A stretch of DNA of 64,000 bases. It comes from Candidatus Methylomirabilia bacterium (GTDB lineage Bacteria; Methylomirabilota; Methylomirabilia; Rokubacteriales; CSP1-6). Below, one piece after another: positions 39,158 to 50,600 of this stretch (position 1 is its first letter; the number at the start of each line of letters is the position of its first letter). The translations under genes and the position numbers were made by a program. The stretch covers positions 15,896-79,895 of the forward strand of contig JBGQLG010000003.1 of assembly GCA_041499965.1 (NCBI GenBank). The letters are read 5' to 3'. Under the pieces are notes generated by a model, which was given only the letters and a program-made list of their open reading frames with translations, had not been told where the DNA came from and ran no database searches.

Positions 39158-40266
39158 ATGCGGGCGTCGCGGGTCCTGATCGCGGCCCTGCTGGCGCTCC
39201 TCGCGGTGGGGGTCGCGGCGGTTGCCTCGCCCGGCCCTACCGCCCGCTTGCTCGCTCGGACGGCCGATAGTGCTCGGCCCGCGCCGGCCGTCGTCAAGGC
39301 CGTCTATTTGAGCTACTACGGCGTCGCCGACGCGACCATCCGCGGTCGCGTCCTCGATCTCCTCGACGGCACCGAGCTCAACGCGGTCGTGATCGACGTG
39401 AAGGGCGACCGTGGGTTCATTCCCTACGCGACCTCCGTCGAGCTGGCCGTGCAGGCGGGCGCGCGGGGCCCGGTGCGTTGGAACGGCTTCGACGCTGCGC
39501 TGGCCCGGCTCAAGGCCGGGGGCGTCTACACGATCGCGCGCATCGTCGTGTTCAAGGACGACGTCCTCGCCCGCCACCGCCCCACGTGGGCGCTGCTCGA
39601 CACTCGGACGGGCCGGCCCTGGGTGGACCGGGAAGGGCTCGCCTGGATCGATCCGTTCAAGGACGAGGCCTGGGCGTACACGTTGCAACTCGCCGTCGAG
39701 GCCGCCGCCAAGGGGTTCGATGAGATCCAGTTCGACTATCTTCGCTTCCCGAGCGAGGGGCCGCTCGGCGCCATCCGGTACTCGGCGGTCAGCACGCAGG
39801 AGACCCGGACTCGGGCCATCGGCCGGTTTCTCGCGGCGGCGCGGCAGATGCTGGGCGACCGCGCACGTCTGGCGATCGACGTCTTCGGCTACACGGCGTT
39901 CAACGACAACGACACGAACGTCGGCCAGCGCATCGAGGATCTCGCGACGCTGGTCGACGTCATCTGTCCGATGGCCTATCCGTCCGCCTACCACGTCGGC
40001 ATCCCCGGGTATCGCAACCCCGTCGCGCGTCCCTACGAGGTCGTCGCCGAGACGGTGCGCCGGATCCGGGCCCGCAGCCGCCACGGCGGTGCGCTCGTCC
40101 GTCCGTGGATCCAGGACTTTCGCGACTATGCGTTCGATCGGCGAGCCTTCGGGCCGATGGAGGTGGCGGCGCAGATCCGCGCGGCCACGACGCGGGCGCC
40201 TCCGGGTGGATGCTGTGGAATCCGCGCAATCGCTACACCGTCGAGGCGCTCGGCCCCCCGGGCTGA
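39158..40266 (+). CDS. Putative glycoside hydrolase (DUF4015-like), frameshifted near the C-terminus
   Basis: ELNAVVIDVKGDRG, IARIVVFKD, GFDEIQFDYLRFP, PMAYPS, RPWIQDF; terminal [11 protein letters not shown] lies in another frame after ~40187. Confidence 0.85.
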
Positions 40267-42119
40267 CCGGCCTCGCTGGCGGCGATCAGCGCCAGCAGCG
40301 TCGCCCGGTCGACGACCTCCTTCTCGATCAGCTGCTTGGCCAGCGCCTCGAGCGTCACTCGCTTGGCGGTCAGCGTCGCGCGGACGCGGCCGTGCGCCGC
40401 CTCGAGCATCGTCTGGATCTCCGCGTCGATGACCTCGGCGGTACGCTCGCTGTACTCCCTGGGGCCGCTGGTGGGCACCGGCAGGAACACGGGGCGGGGC
40501 GGCTCGAAGGTGGCCAGCCCCAGCGCCTCGCCCATTCCGTAGCGCGTGATCATGTGACGCGCGATGTCCGTCGCGCGTTGCAGATCGTCCTGCGCGCCGG
40601 TGGACACGTCCCCGAAGGTCAGCTCCTCGGCCACCCGCCCGCCGAGCAGCACGTCGAGCCGGTCGAGCAGCTCGGTCCGCGTCATCAGGTAGCGGTCCTC
40701 GGTCGGGCGCTGCTGCGTGTAGCCGAGCGCCGCCACCCCGCGCGGAATGACCGAGACCTTCGCGACGCGGTCCGCCTGGGGCCGGGACTCGGCCACCAGC
40801 GCGTGGCCGGCCTCGTGGTAGGCCACGATCTCCTTCTCCTTCGGATTGATGACGCGGGACTTTCGCTCCAGCCCGGCCACGACCCGGTCGATGGCGTCAT
40901 CGAAGTCCGTCATGTCGACCGCGTCCTGGCCCTGCCGGGCGGCCCGGAGCGCGGCCTCGTTCACGATGTTCGCGAGGTCGGCGCCGACGAACCCGGGCGT
41001 GCGCGCGGCGACGAGGGACAGATCGAGCCCGGGCGCGAGCGGGACCTTGCGGGTGTGGACCAGGAGAATCTTCTCGCGCCCCCGCAGGTCGGGCCGGTCG
41101 ATCACGACCTGCCGGTCGAAGCGGCCGGGCCGTAGCAGCGCGGGGTCGAGGATCTCGGGGCGGTTGGTGGCCGCCAGCAGGATGACGCCCTTCTGGGTGT
41201 CGAAGCCGTCCATCTCGGCCAGCAGCTGGTTCAGCGTCTGCTCCCGCTCGTCGTGGCCGCCGACGAGCGTACTGGCCCCCCGGGCCTTGCCGAGCGCGTC
41301 CAGCTCGTCGATGAAGATGATGCTGGGCGCCTTCTCCTGGGCCTGGGCGAAGAGGTCGCGCACCCGCGCCGCACCGACCCCGACGAACATCTCGACGAAA
41401 TCCGAGCCGGTCAGACTGAAGAACGGCACGCCGGCTTCCCCCGCGACGGCCTTGGCGAGGAGCGTCTTGCCGGTGCCGGGCGCGCCGACGATCAAGACGC
41501 CCTTCGGGATCTTGCCGCCGAGCCGCTGATAGCGCTCGGGCGCTTTCAGGAAATCGACAATCTCCATCAGCTCGCCGCGGGCCTCGTCGATGCCGGCCAC
41601 GTCATCGAACGTTACGCCGGTGCTGTGCTGCATGTAGACCTTGGCCTTGCTCTTCCCGATGGCCAGGAGCCCGCCCTGGGCCCCGCCCATGCGCCGTATG
41701 AGGAAGAACCAGACGCCCATGAACAGCAGCGTGGGCAGGATCCACGAGAGCACCGTCGAGACCCAGGGGTTGTCCGCGCGGCCGGTGAACTTCACGGTGG
41801 CCGCCTCCAGCTCGGTGACGAGGCCGGGGTCGTCGACCCGGACGGTGACGAAGCGGTAGGGGCCGGCTCCGGATCGTTTCAGCGCCTCGATCTTCTCCGT
41901 GGGGAGGACGCCCTCCAGCCCGTCAGCGGCGAGCGTCCCGGTGATGGCGTGCGCGTCGAGAAGGAGGTCGCTGACCTTGCCCTTCCTCACGAGCGCCTTG
42001 AACTCGCTGTAGGAGATGCTCTCGGGGTGCGGTGCGAAGAGGAACGAGTTGATCAGGATCAGGGCGAGCATCACCGCGACGAGATAGCCGAAGGCGGCGG
42101 TTTGCCCGGAGGGTTTCAC
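40233..42119 (-). CDS. ftsH: ATP-dependent zinc metalloprotease FtsH
   Basis: [38 protein letters not shown]. Confidence 0.97.
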   Translation of the reverse strand: MKPSGQTAAFGYLVAVMLALILINSFLFAPHPESISYSEFKALVRKGKVSDLLLDAHAITGTLAADGLEGVLPTEKIEALKRSGAGPYRFVTVRVDDPGLVTELEAATVKFTGRADNPWVSTVLSWILPTLLFMGVWFFLIRRMGGAQGGLLAIGKSKAKVYMQHSTGVTFDDVAGIDEARGELMEIVDFLKAPERYQRLGGKIPKGVLIVGAPGTGKTLLAKAVAGEAGVPFFSLTGSDFVEMFVGVGAARVRDLFAQAQEKAPSIIFIDELDALGKARGASTLVGGHDEREQTLNQLLAEMDGFDTQKGVILLAATNRPEILDPALLRPGRFDRQVVIDRPDLRGREKILLVHTRKVPLAPGLDLSLVAARTPGFVGADLANIVNEAALRAARQGQDAVDMTDFDDAIDRVVAGLERKSRVINPKEKEIVAYHEAGHALVAESRPQADRVAKVSVIPRGVAALGYTQQRPTEDRYLMTRTELLDRLDVLLGGRVAEELTFGDVSTGAQDDLQRATDIARHMITRYGMGEALGLATFEPPRPVFLPVPTSGPREYSERTAEVIDAEIQTMLEAAHGRVRATLTAKRVTLEALAKQLIEKEVVDRATLLALIAASEAGQPGGPSASTV

Positions 42120-43537
42120 AGTCTGAACCCTGGCCCGGGAATCGTCGTCGTCGGCGCCGCCGACTCGAGGCCGATCAGGACCGCCTGTCCCGCCTCGAGG
42201 TCGCCACGCACGATCTCCGTCGACGTCCCGTCGGTGATCCCGAGCGTGACCCGGGCGGCGATGGGGCGGCCGTCACGCCCGAGGATCCACACGACCGGCG
42301 TCGTCGAGCCCGGGGCACCGGGGGGACGGAACCGGAGCGCGGTGTTCGGGACCTTGAGGACGTCCACGTTCTGTTCGGTCACGAACCTGACGCTGGCGGT
42401 CATGCCCGGGACGAGGCGGGCGGCTGGATTGGCGACGGCGACCACGACGGTGTACGTGACGACGTTCTGCGCGACCTGCGGCGCCTTGCGGATCTGCGAG
42501 ACGGTCCCCGTGAACACCTGGCCCGGAAACGCGTCGACGGTGAACGTCACCGGCGTCTCGGCCCTGATGCGCCCGATGTCCGCCTCGTCGACGCTGGCCT
42601 CCACCTGCATCCGCGTCAGGTCCTGGGCGATCGTGAACAACGTCGGTGCCTGCAGCGCCGCGGCGACCGTCTGGCCCACGTCGACCGCTCGATTGACGAC
42701 GACCCCGTCGACCGGCGAGCGAATCGTGGTGTGGTCGAGATTGATCTGCGCCTGGGCCAGCGCCGCCTGCTTCTGCTCGACCTGATCGCGACTCGTCTGC
42801 AGGGCGGCCTCCTGGACGTGTCGCTGGACTTCGGCGGTGTGGATGGCCGAGGCCAGCGCCTGCTCGTGAGCCAGCGCCGACTCGTGTTGGGCCAGGGCGG
42901 CGTCGTAGGCGCTCTGGGCGCTGTCGCGGTCGGCGGCGGCCACGAGGCCGCGCTCGAACAGCTCGACCTCACGGCCGAGCGTACGGCGGGCGTCGAGGAC
43001 CCCCACGAGGGCCTTGGCCGTCTGCGCCTTGCCCTCGGCGTAGCCGGCCTGCGCGTTGTCGACGTTGGTCTGGGCCTGCTCGACCTGGGCGGCCTGATTG
43101 AGCACGGTGGACCCTGCGGCCTTGACGTCGGCCCGGGCCTGGTTGGCCGCCGCCTCGAAGAGCGCCGGGTCGATGCGCGCGATGACCTGTCCCTTGCGCA
43201 CGAGCGTGTTGAAGTCGGCGTTCAGCTCCTTGATCGTGCCCGAGACCTGGCTTCCGACCAGGACCATGATGACCGCGTTGAGGTTGCCGGTGGCCGAGAC
43301 CGAGGCGCTGATCGCGCCACGCTCCACACGAGCGGTCCGGTAGACGGGCGGGGCCCCGGAGCCCGCCACATACCAGTACACGGCGAGGCCTCCGACGGCG
43401 ACGGCGGCGCCGAGGGCCACGGCAGCCCAGCGTGTCCAGCGCTGGCGCGCCGGCTTCGCAGGGACCAGGGTCGCGTCGACCGGCGGGGAGCCGGCGGCGG
43501 ATCCGTTCGAGGCCGCCTGCGTCTGTTCGGTCTTCAT
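42116..43537 (-). CDS. MacA-like efflux periplasmic adaptor subunit
   Basis: TM anchor, VGSQVSG, coiled-coil, IRSPVDGVV, GQTVAA, VDEADIG, LKVPNTALRF. Confidence 0.92.
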   Translation of the reverse strand: MKTEQTQAASNGSAAGSPPVDATLVPAKPARQRWTRWAAVALGAAVAVGGLAVYWYVAGSGAPPVYRTARVERGAISASVSATGNLNAVIMVLVGSQVSGTIKELNADFNTLVRKGQVIARIDPALFEAAANQARADVKAAGSTVLNQAAQVEQAQTNVDNAQAGYAEGKAQTAKALVGVLDARRTLGREVELFERGLVAAADRDSAQSAYDAALAQHESALAHEQALASAIHTAEVQRHVQEAALQTSRDQVEQKQAALAQAQINLDHTTIRSPVDGVVVNRAVDVGQTVAAALQAPTLFTIAQDLTRMQVEASVDEADIGRIRAETPVTFTVDAFPGQVFTGTVSQIRKAPQVAQNVVTYTVVVAVANPAARLVPGMTASVRFVTEQNVDVLKVPNTALRFRPPGAPGSTTPVVWILGRDGRPIAARVTLGITDGTSTEIVRGDLEAGQAVLIGLESAAPTTTIPGPGFRL

Positions 43538-43556
43538 GGGTCCGGCCTCGGACAAG

Positions 43557-43572
43557 TGCAACGGCACTGCCG
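43557..43572 (-). promoter_or_regulatory. sigma54 promoter for adaptor-ftsH
   Basis: CGGCAGTGCCGTTGCA; AAA-N8-TT at 43588-43600. Confidence 0.8.
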
Positions 43573-43625
43573 TTCCTGAAACGAAAGAAAACGGTCCTTT
43601 CGGCGGGAGCGTTCGCCCCGGCCAC

Positions 43626-43662
43626 TGGGGCGCCCGTGCGGCGCTGGGGTGACGATGCCCCA
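43626..43662. promoter_or_regulatory. Tandem palindromic sites between divergent promoters
   Basis: TGGGGC-GCCCGT-GCGGCG c TGGGGT-GACGAT-GCCCCA. Confidence 0.68.
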
Positions 43663-43704
43663 GGCCCACGGTAGCCATGTGGCTGGATTCTTGTCGATCA
43701 GGTC

Positions 43705-43720
43705 CGGCACGCCGGTTGCC
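43705..43720 (+). promoter_or_regulatory. sigma54 promoter for ABC ATPase-permease-MFS
   Basis: CGGCACGCCGGTTGCC; ATG 43734 is 15 nt after the -12 C. Confidence 0.78.
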
Positions 43721-43733
43721 CAGGTCGATAGCG

Positions 43734-44480
43734 ATGGCCGAGCCCGTCATCGAGACGCAGGATCTGGCGAAGGACTACTGGCTGGGCGCCCACGTGGTGC
43801 ACGCGCTGCACGGCGTGTCGCTCACCGTCGAGGCCGGGGAGCTGGTGGCCATCATGGGTCCCTCGGGATCAGGGAAATCCACGCTCATGACGATCCTGGG
43901 TTGCCTCGACACCGCCACGAGCGGGCGCTATCTCCTGGAGGGCCACGACGTCTCGCGGCTGGACGACGATGCGCTGGCCAGGATCCGGAACTCGAAGATC
44001 GGCTTCGTGTTCCAGCAGTTCAACCTGATGCCCCGGATGAGCGCGCTGGCCAACGTCGAGCTTCCGCTCATCTACAGTGATCGCCCGGCCAGGGAACAGC
44101 GCCGAACGGCGATGTCGAAGCTCGAGGCCGTCGGGCTCGGCGACCGCGCCAACCACCGCCCCGCCCAGCTCTCGGGCGGTCAGCAGCAGCGGGTGGCAAT
44201 CGCCCGGGCCCTGGTCAACGATCCGATTCTGTTCCTGGCCGACGAGCCCACCGGCAATCTCGATACGCGGACCAGCGTGGAGATCATGGCCATCCTCCAG
44301 GCCCTGAACCGCAACGGCATCACGATCCTGCTCGTCACGCACGAGGAGGACATCGCCCGCTATGCGCGGCGCATCCTGCACTTCCGCGATGGCGAGCTCG
44401 TGCAGGACGAGCCCGTCCTCGCTCCGATCGACGCCCGCACGGTGCTCGCCGCCGGTGCGCGGGCCCTGAAGATGCCATGA
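43734..44480 (+). CDS. MacB/LolD-type ABC transporter ATP-binding protein
   Basis: [45 protein letters not shown]. Confidence 0.96.
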   Translation: MAEPVIETQDLAKDYWLGAHVVHALHGVSLTVEAGELVAIMGPSGSGKSTLMTILGCLDTATSGRYLLEGHDVSRLDDDALARIRNSKIGFVFQQFNLMPRMSALANVELPLIYSDRPAREQRRTAMSKLEAVGLGDRANHRPAQLSGGQQQRVAIARALVNDPILFLADEPTGNLDTRTSVEIMAILQALNRNGITILLVTHEEDIARYARRILHFRDGELVQDEPVLAPIDARTVLAAGARALKMP

Positions 44481-45709
44481 GAGTTCGCGCCACCGCGCAC
44501 CTGGCCCTCGTGGCCCTGGCGGCCAGCCGGGCGCGCACCGCGCTCACGATGCTCGGTGTCATCATCGGCGTGGCCGCCGTCGTGACGATGATGGCGGTGG
44601 GCGCCGGGGCCCAGGCCCGCGTCGAGGGCCAGATCCGGAGCCTGGGCTCGAACCTGATCATCGTGCTGTCCGGCTCGATCACCACGGGCGGTGTGCGGCT
44701 CGGCGCCGGCAGCCAGCTCACCGTCACCGAAGACGACGCGCGCGCGATGGAGCGCGAGATCGACAGCCTCCAGGTCGCGGCGCCGACGGTCCGGGGCGGC
44801 GTCCAGGTGATCGCGGGCAACGCCAACTGGTCGACGGGGCTCGTCGGCGTGACGCCAGGGTTCCTGGAAGCGCGCGACTGGGAAACCGCAGCCGGCCGGC
44901 CGCTCACGCAGGACGACGTCGACGGTGCCACCAAGGTCGTCCTGCTCGGCCAGACGGTGGCGAACAATCTCTTCGGCGGGGCCGATCCCCTCGGCCAGGT
45001 CGTTCGCGTCAAGAAGGTCCCGCTGACCGTAGTCGGCGTGCTTGCCCGGAAGGGCCAGTCCACCCAGGGACAGGATCAGGACGACACGGTGCTGGTCCCG
45101 CTCTCGACGGCGAAGAAGAAGGTGCTGGGGACGAGCCAGGCCAACGCCCGGGCGGTCAACGGGATTCTCGTGAAGGTCCGGGAGGCGAGCGCGATGAAAG
45201 GCGCCGAGCAGAGTATCCGCACGCTGCTGCGCCAGCGCCATCATCTGCAGCCCGGCCAGGACGACGATTTCACGCTCCGGAATCTGGCCGAGATCCTCGA
45301 GAGTCAGGAGGCGTCGTCCCGGGTGCTCAGCCTGCTGCTCGCCGCCATCGCGTCCGTCTCCCTCGTGGTGGGCGGCATCGGCATCATGAACATCATGCTG
45401 GTCTCGGTCACCGAGCGGACGCGCGAGATCGGGCTGCGCCGGGCGGTCGGCGCCCGCCGACGGGACATCCTGACGCAGTTCCTCATCGAGGCGGTGACCG
45501 TGTCGCTGGCCGGCGGCCTCGTGGGGATCGTGCTCGGAGTGGTCGCCGCCTGGGCCATCGGGTACTTCGCCGGCTGGCTGGCTCCGATCCAGGCGCGCGC
45601 GGTCGTTCCCGCCTTCCTCTTCGCCGGAGCGGTCGGCGTCTTCTTCGGCTTCTACCCGGCCCGCAAGGCGTCCCGCCTGAATCCCATCGACGCGCTCCGA
45701 CACGAGTAG
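44477..45709 (+). CDS. MacB-type ABC permease
   Basis: [56 protein letters not shown]. Confidence 0.96.
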   Translation: MRVRATAHLALVALAASRARTALTMLGVIIGVAAVVTMMAVGAGAQARVEGQIRSLGSNLIIVLSGSITTGGVRLGAGSQLTVTEDDARAMEREIDSLQVAAPTVRGGVQVIAGNANWSTGLVGVTPGFLEARDWETAAGRPLTQDDVDGATKVVLLGQTVANNLFGGADPLGQVVRVKKVPLTVVGVLARKGQSTQGQDQDDTVLVPLSTAKKKVLGTSQANARAVNGILVKVREASAMKGAEQSIRTLLRQRHHLQPGQDDDFTLRNLAEILESQEASSRVLSLLLAAIASVSLVVGGIGIMNIMLVSVTERTREIGLRRAVGARRRDILTQFLIEAVTVSLAGGLVGIVLGVVAAWAIGYFAGWLAPIQARAVVPAFLFAGAVGVFFGFYPARKASRLNPIDALRHE

Positions 45710-45729
45710 CCACCAGGCCGGACAGGCCG

Positions 45730-47001
45730 ATGCCGGGCTCCGAGAGCGACGTCCCTGGCTCGCGCGTCGGCGGCCTGCGGGCGATTCCCCGAGGCGTCTG
45801 GGCGCTGGGTGTCGTCAGCCTGTTCATGGATCTCTCCTCGGAGATGATCCACAGCCTGCTGCCGGTGTTCCTCGTGTCGGTCCTGGGCGCGAGCGTGCTC
45901 TCGGTCGGAGTGATCGAAGGCGTCGCCGAAGCGACCGCGTCCATCACCAAGGTCTTCTCGGGGACGCTGAGCGACTATCTGGGCCGGCGCAAGTTCCTGA
46001 CGGGGCTGGGCTACGCACTGGCGGCTATCACCAAGCCGGTTTTCCCCCTCGCCACGTCGCTGAGCTGGGTGCTCGCCGCGCGCTTCGTAGACCGTATCGG
46101 CAAGGGAATCCGTGAGGCGCCGCGGGATGCGCTCATGGGGGATCTGGCCCCTGCCGCCATGCGTGGCGCCTGCTACGGCCTCCGCCAGTCGCTCGACACG
46201 GTCGGCGCCGTTGCCGGGCCACTCGTCGCGGCGGCCCTGATGGCCGTGACGCTCCACGATTTCCGGCTGGTGTTCTGGATCGCCGTGATTCCGGCGGTCC
46301 TGGCGGTGGGAATCCTGCTCGTGGCGGTGAAGGAGCCGCCGGTCAGGCAGCCGGCTCCCGGGGCCGGGCCATCGATGCGGGTCGCGGAGGTCCGGGCGTT
46401 GCAGCCGGTCTACTGGAGCGTCGTGGTGGTTGGCACGATCCTGACCCTGGCGCGCTTCAGCGAGGCGTTCCTCCTCCTTCGGGCGGCCGACCGGGGCGTG
46501 TCGGTTGCCCTCGTGCCCATGGTCTTCGTCATCATGAACATCGCGTACGCCGTCTCGGCCTATCCGGCCGGCCTGCTGTCGGATCGGCTGGACCGGCGCC
46601 TGGTCCTGGCCGCCGGAAGTCTCGTGCTGATTGCCGGAGATATCGCGCTCGCGCTCGCCGTGCGCCCACTCGGCGTCTTCGTCGGCGTGGTCCTCTGGGG
46701 CCTCCACATGGGGCTGACCCAGGGCCTGCTGGCCGCCCTGGTGACCGACACCGCGCCCGAGCGGCTGCGGGGGACGGCGTTCGGCCTGTTCAACCTGGCG
46801 GGCGGCCTGGCGGCGCTGCTGGCGAGTGTCGTGGCCGGATGGCTCGGGATCCGGTACGGGATGGCGGCACCGTTCTATGCCGGCGCCGGGTTTGCGGGGA
46901 CGGCGCTGGTCGGCCTGCTGGCGCTCCACGTGTGGCTCCCGCAGCCGGCCGCCGCCGCCCCACGCGAGCGTCGGTCGCCAACATCACCTCGGCCTGGCTA
47001 G
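45730..47001 (+). CDS. MFS transporter
   Basis: DLSSEMIH, GTLSDYLGRRK, DRIGKGIREAPRDAL, about 12 TM. Confidence 0.93.
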   Translation: MPGSESDVPGSRVGGLRAIPRGVWALGVVSLFMDLSSEMIHSLLPVFLVSVLGASVLSVGVIEGVAEATASITKVFSGTLSDYLGRRKFLTGLGYALAAITKPVFPLATSLSWVLAARFVDRIGKGIREAPRDALMGDLAPAAMRGACYGLRQSLDTVGAVAGPLVAAALMAVTLHDFRLVFWIAVIPAVLAVGILLVAVKEPPVRQPAPGAGPSMRVAEVRALQPVYWSVVVVGTILTLARFSEAFLLLRAADRGVSVALVPMVFVIMNIAYAVSAYPAGLLSDRLDRRLVLAAGSLVLIAGDIALALAVRPLGVFVGVVLWGLHMGLTQGLLAALVTDTAPERLRGTAFGLFNLAGGLAALLASVVAGWLGIRYGMAAPFYAGAGFAGTALVGLLALHVWLPQPAAAAPRERRSPTSPRPG

Positions 47002-47183
47002 TTCACCACACGGGGATACGCCCGCGCCCCGACGATCATCAGCACGAGGATCATCACCCGGCCGCGATGCATGAGCGCCACCCGGCGGCAGAGGGTCTCC
47101 GCCTCGTCCCAGACGGCTCGCGCGACCGGGTCCAGTCCTACGGTGGGCTCGTCGAGGAACAGCGCCATGGTGTCGAGGTCCAT
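46998..47183 (-). pseudogene. Collapsed mosaic remnant of ABC ATPase + ABC-2 permease
   Basis: LFLDEPTVGLDPVAR, DEAETLCRRVALMHRG and a permease-like end (IVGARAYPRVV) within 61 aa. Confidence 0.7.
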
Positions 47184-47229
47184 GAAGACGAGCCGGTCAA
47201 CGCGCCGTCGGCCGAGATCAATTGAGGGA

Positions 47230-47632
47230 CGTAGCCGATGACCCGCCGAACCTCCGCTGCGTGGTGCCCGATGTCGACGACGTCCGCGGCGGCATGGCTG
47301 TTACCGTGGGCGCTTCTGCCTCAGTCGCGCGAGCGCAGACGGGTGAATCCCCGGGCAACCTGGAGCTCCAGATCGGCGCCCGAGCGTACGTGCGGGACTG
47401 GGCCGGCACGCAGGTCGGCATCTCGACCCTGGAGCCGGATTTCGTGCAGCTCAAGGTCACGACCGGCTATGTCTCGATCGACCTCCGCCAACGGGATCGC
47501 CGCGGCGGTCGCGTCGAGCGAAGAGGTGCTCGTGGAGGGCACCGATGGCACGCAACTCTCGACGTACGTCGCGCCGGAAAGCTCGACGTCTGGGATCGCT
47601 GGAACTACGCGCGTACCGAGGCGCTCATCGAC
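47230..47632 (+). pseudogene. Remnant of a FecR-like/DUF6600-type secreted protein
   Basis: NLELQIGARAYVR...QLKVTTGYVSIDLR and LDVWDRWNYART with frameshifts. Confidence 0.5.
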
Positions 47633-50600
47633 TCACCGCTCGTTCTGGCGCGACCCCATCGTCACCTGGACCTCGTGGATGCGACCGTCCGTGAGGCGTG
47701 GCAGGATCGGCGGGTCGAGACGCTCACCGTCGAGCAGCATTCGCTCGACGCCCGAGCTCACGCCGCGTGGGTTGTCCACCTGGATGCGAACGATCGTGGC
47801 GCCGTCGTGCCAGACGACCTCGAACCCGGGCCAGGCCGCGGGGATGTGCGGCTCCAGGTGCCACCCGCCCTCCGACGGCCGCATGCCGAGGATCTTCTCC
47901 AGACCCAGGCGGTACGCCCAGGCCGCGGCGCCCGTGTACCAGGTCCAGCCGCCGCGGCCGCTCCACGGCGGCGCCGCGTAGACGTCGGAGGCCAGCACGT
48001 ACGGCTCGGTGCGGTAGAGGGCCGCCGCCTCGGGAGTCAGCGCGCGCCGGATCGGGAGCAGCCGCTGGAACAGGTCCACGGCGTGCTCGACGTCGCCGAG
48101 CTCGAGCAGCGCCCACAGGACCCAGATCGCCGCATGCGTGTACTGCCCGCCGTTCTCCCGGACGCCGGGCGGATAACCGCGGATGTAGCCGGGATCGTCC
48201 GTGCTCTCTGCGAACGGCGGCGCCAGGAGCAGGATGAGACCGTCCGGCTCCTTCACGAGGCGCCGCATCACCGCCTCCATCGCGGCGGCGGCTCTCGACT
48301 TTTCCGCCGCTGACGAGAGCACTGCCCACGACTGGGCCACGGAATCGATCTGGCACTCGGCCCTCTCGGCCGACCCGAGCGGGGTGCCGTCGTCGTAGTA
48401 CCCTCGCCGATACCAGGCGCCATCCCAGGCCGTCGCCTCCAGGGCGGCGCGCAGCTCCTCCGCCTGGCCTCGGAGCGTCTCCGCACGAGCGCTGTCGCCG
48501 AGGCGCGCGGCCACGCGACCGAAGCGCGTCAACGTCGCGTGCAGGAACCAGCCGAGCCACACGCTCTCGCCGCGGCGGCCGGCGCCGACGCGGTTCATCC
48601 CGTCGTTCCAGTCGCCGCTGCCGAACAGTGGCAGTCCGTGCGCGCCGGCGGTGCGGCCGCGGTCGATCGCGGCCAGACAGTGGGTGTAGAGCGTGGCGCG
48701 ATGCGGTCCGGGCTCGAACCGTGCGTACCGCTCGACTTCGTCCGGCTCGAGCGGCTCGCCCGCCAGGAACGGTATCGCCTCCTCGAGGATGGTTGCGTCG
48801 CCGGTCGCCTCGACGTAGTGCGCCGTCACGAACGGAAGCCACAGCAGATCGTCCGAGCACCGTGTCCGCACGCCGGCGCCGGCCGGCGGATGCCACCAGT
48901 GCAGGACGTCCCCGGCCTCGAACTGGTGGCGCGCCGCCTCGAGGATGTGGTCGCGGCAGAGCGCGGGCAGGCCATGAATCAGCGCCGCCACGTCCTGCAG
49001 CTGGTCGCGAAAGCCGAACGCGCCGCTGGACTGGTAGAAGCCGGTCCGTCCCCAGAACCGGCTGGCCAGCAGCTGGTACAGGAGCCAGCGGTTGAGCATC
49101 AGGTCGAGCGCAGGGTCCGGCGTGCGCACCGTGACCGCGCCCAGTCGCGCATCCCACTGCCGGTTCAGCTCGGTCCACGCCGCCTCGACGACGGCGCGGT
49201 CACGGTACTTCGTGACGAGATCCAGCGCCTCGTCGCGGCCGGCCGCCTGGCCCAGCATGAAGTGCGCGTGCACCGTCGCGCCGGGGGCCAGGTCGAGGGA
49301 GATCTGCAGCGCTGCGCATGGATCGCGGCCCGCCCGGACCGTGCCCGCCAGGCCGATGCGCCGCAGCGCCGCCGGCGTCGCGTAGCCGCCGTGTCGACCG
49401 AGGAACTCCAGCCGGTCGGCGGTCAGTCCGCGGAGCTTCGCGCTCACCGCCACGAATGCGACACGGGCTGCGAAGTCCTCGCTCCACGCATTGCGTGCGA
49501 GCAGCGCTTCGGACGCCGGATCGAACTCCGGGACGACGAACGCCTGGGACTGCTCGCGCGACGTTCCGAGCACCCACTCGACGTAGTACGTCACCGTGAC
49601 CGTGCGCGGGCGGTCCAGGCGGTTCGTCAGCGCGAGCTCGACGAGCTTGACGGGGTCGTCGGGCGCTACCCAGAGGCGCACGCTCTGCTCGAGCCCGTGG
49701 CTGCGGTGAAGGAACCGCGCGTAGCCGGCGCCGTAGGCCACCTGGTAGGCGCCGTCCGCCGGGGCGGGCCGGGGCGTCGGACTCCACACGGCGCCGGTCG
49801 CCTCGTCGCGGAGGTACAGCACTTCTCCCGGCTCGTCGGAAATCGGATCGTTCCGCCACGGCGTCAGCCGGTTCTCGCCGCTGTTCTCCGCCCACGTGTA
49901 GCCACCCCCCGACTCCGTCACGACGAAACCCAGCCGCCGGTTGGCCACCACGTTGACCCACGGCGCCGGCGTCGACTGACCCGGCTCGAGATGGATGATG
50001 TACTCACGGCCGTCGGCGGCGAAGCCCCCGAGCCCCAGATCGAACAGCAGCGTGTCCGGTCTCGGCAACGTCTCCGGCGCTTCGGTGGGCGGCGGCGAGC
50101 TCGGAGCGAGCAGCGGCAGCCTCGCCGGCTCGCCAGCCAGTCGAGCGAGGTGCTGACCGATGCTGCCCTGCGAGCCGTCGAGCACCACGCGGGCCGCCGA
50201 CAGCAGCAGCGTGCGATCGGCCCCGTCGATCCGGGCCGCATGGATCACGAACACGCCTCCGAGCCGATCGCGAGAGGCCTCGGCGCCGGCCTGGACGAGG
50301 GCGCGCTCGACGGGCTCGTCCATCTCGGCCACGTAGCCTCCGGCCCGCTCGTTGAGGATCACCACGTCCACGCAGACGCCACGCCCCCGCCAGAACCGCT
50401 GGGCGCGCAGCACCGATGGCAGGATGGCCGCGTCCTCGGCCGAGCCGATGCGCACCAACAGGATGGGGAGGTCGCCCGAGATCGCGTGCTTCCACAGGGA
50501 GCGCTGTCCGAGGTGGTTCAGGGCCAGTGTGGCGGCGGAGGCCCGCAGGGCGTCGTGCGAGCAGAGGAGGAGTGAGAGGAGCGTTGCGGCCGCGGGAAGA

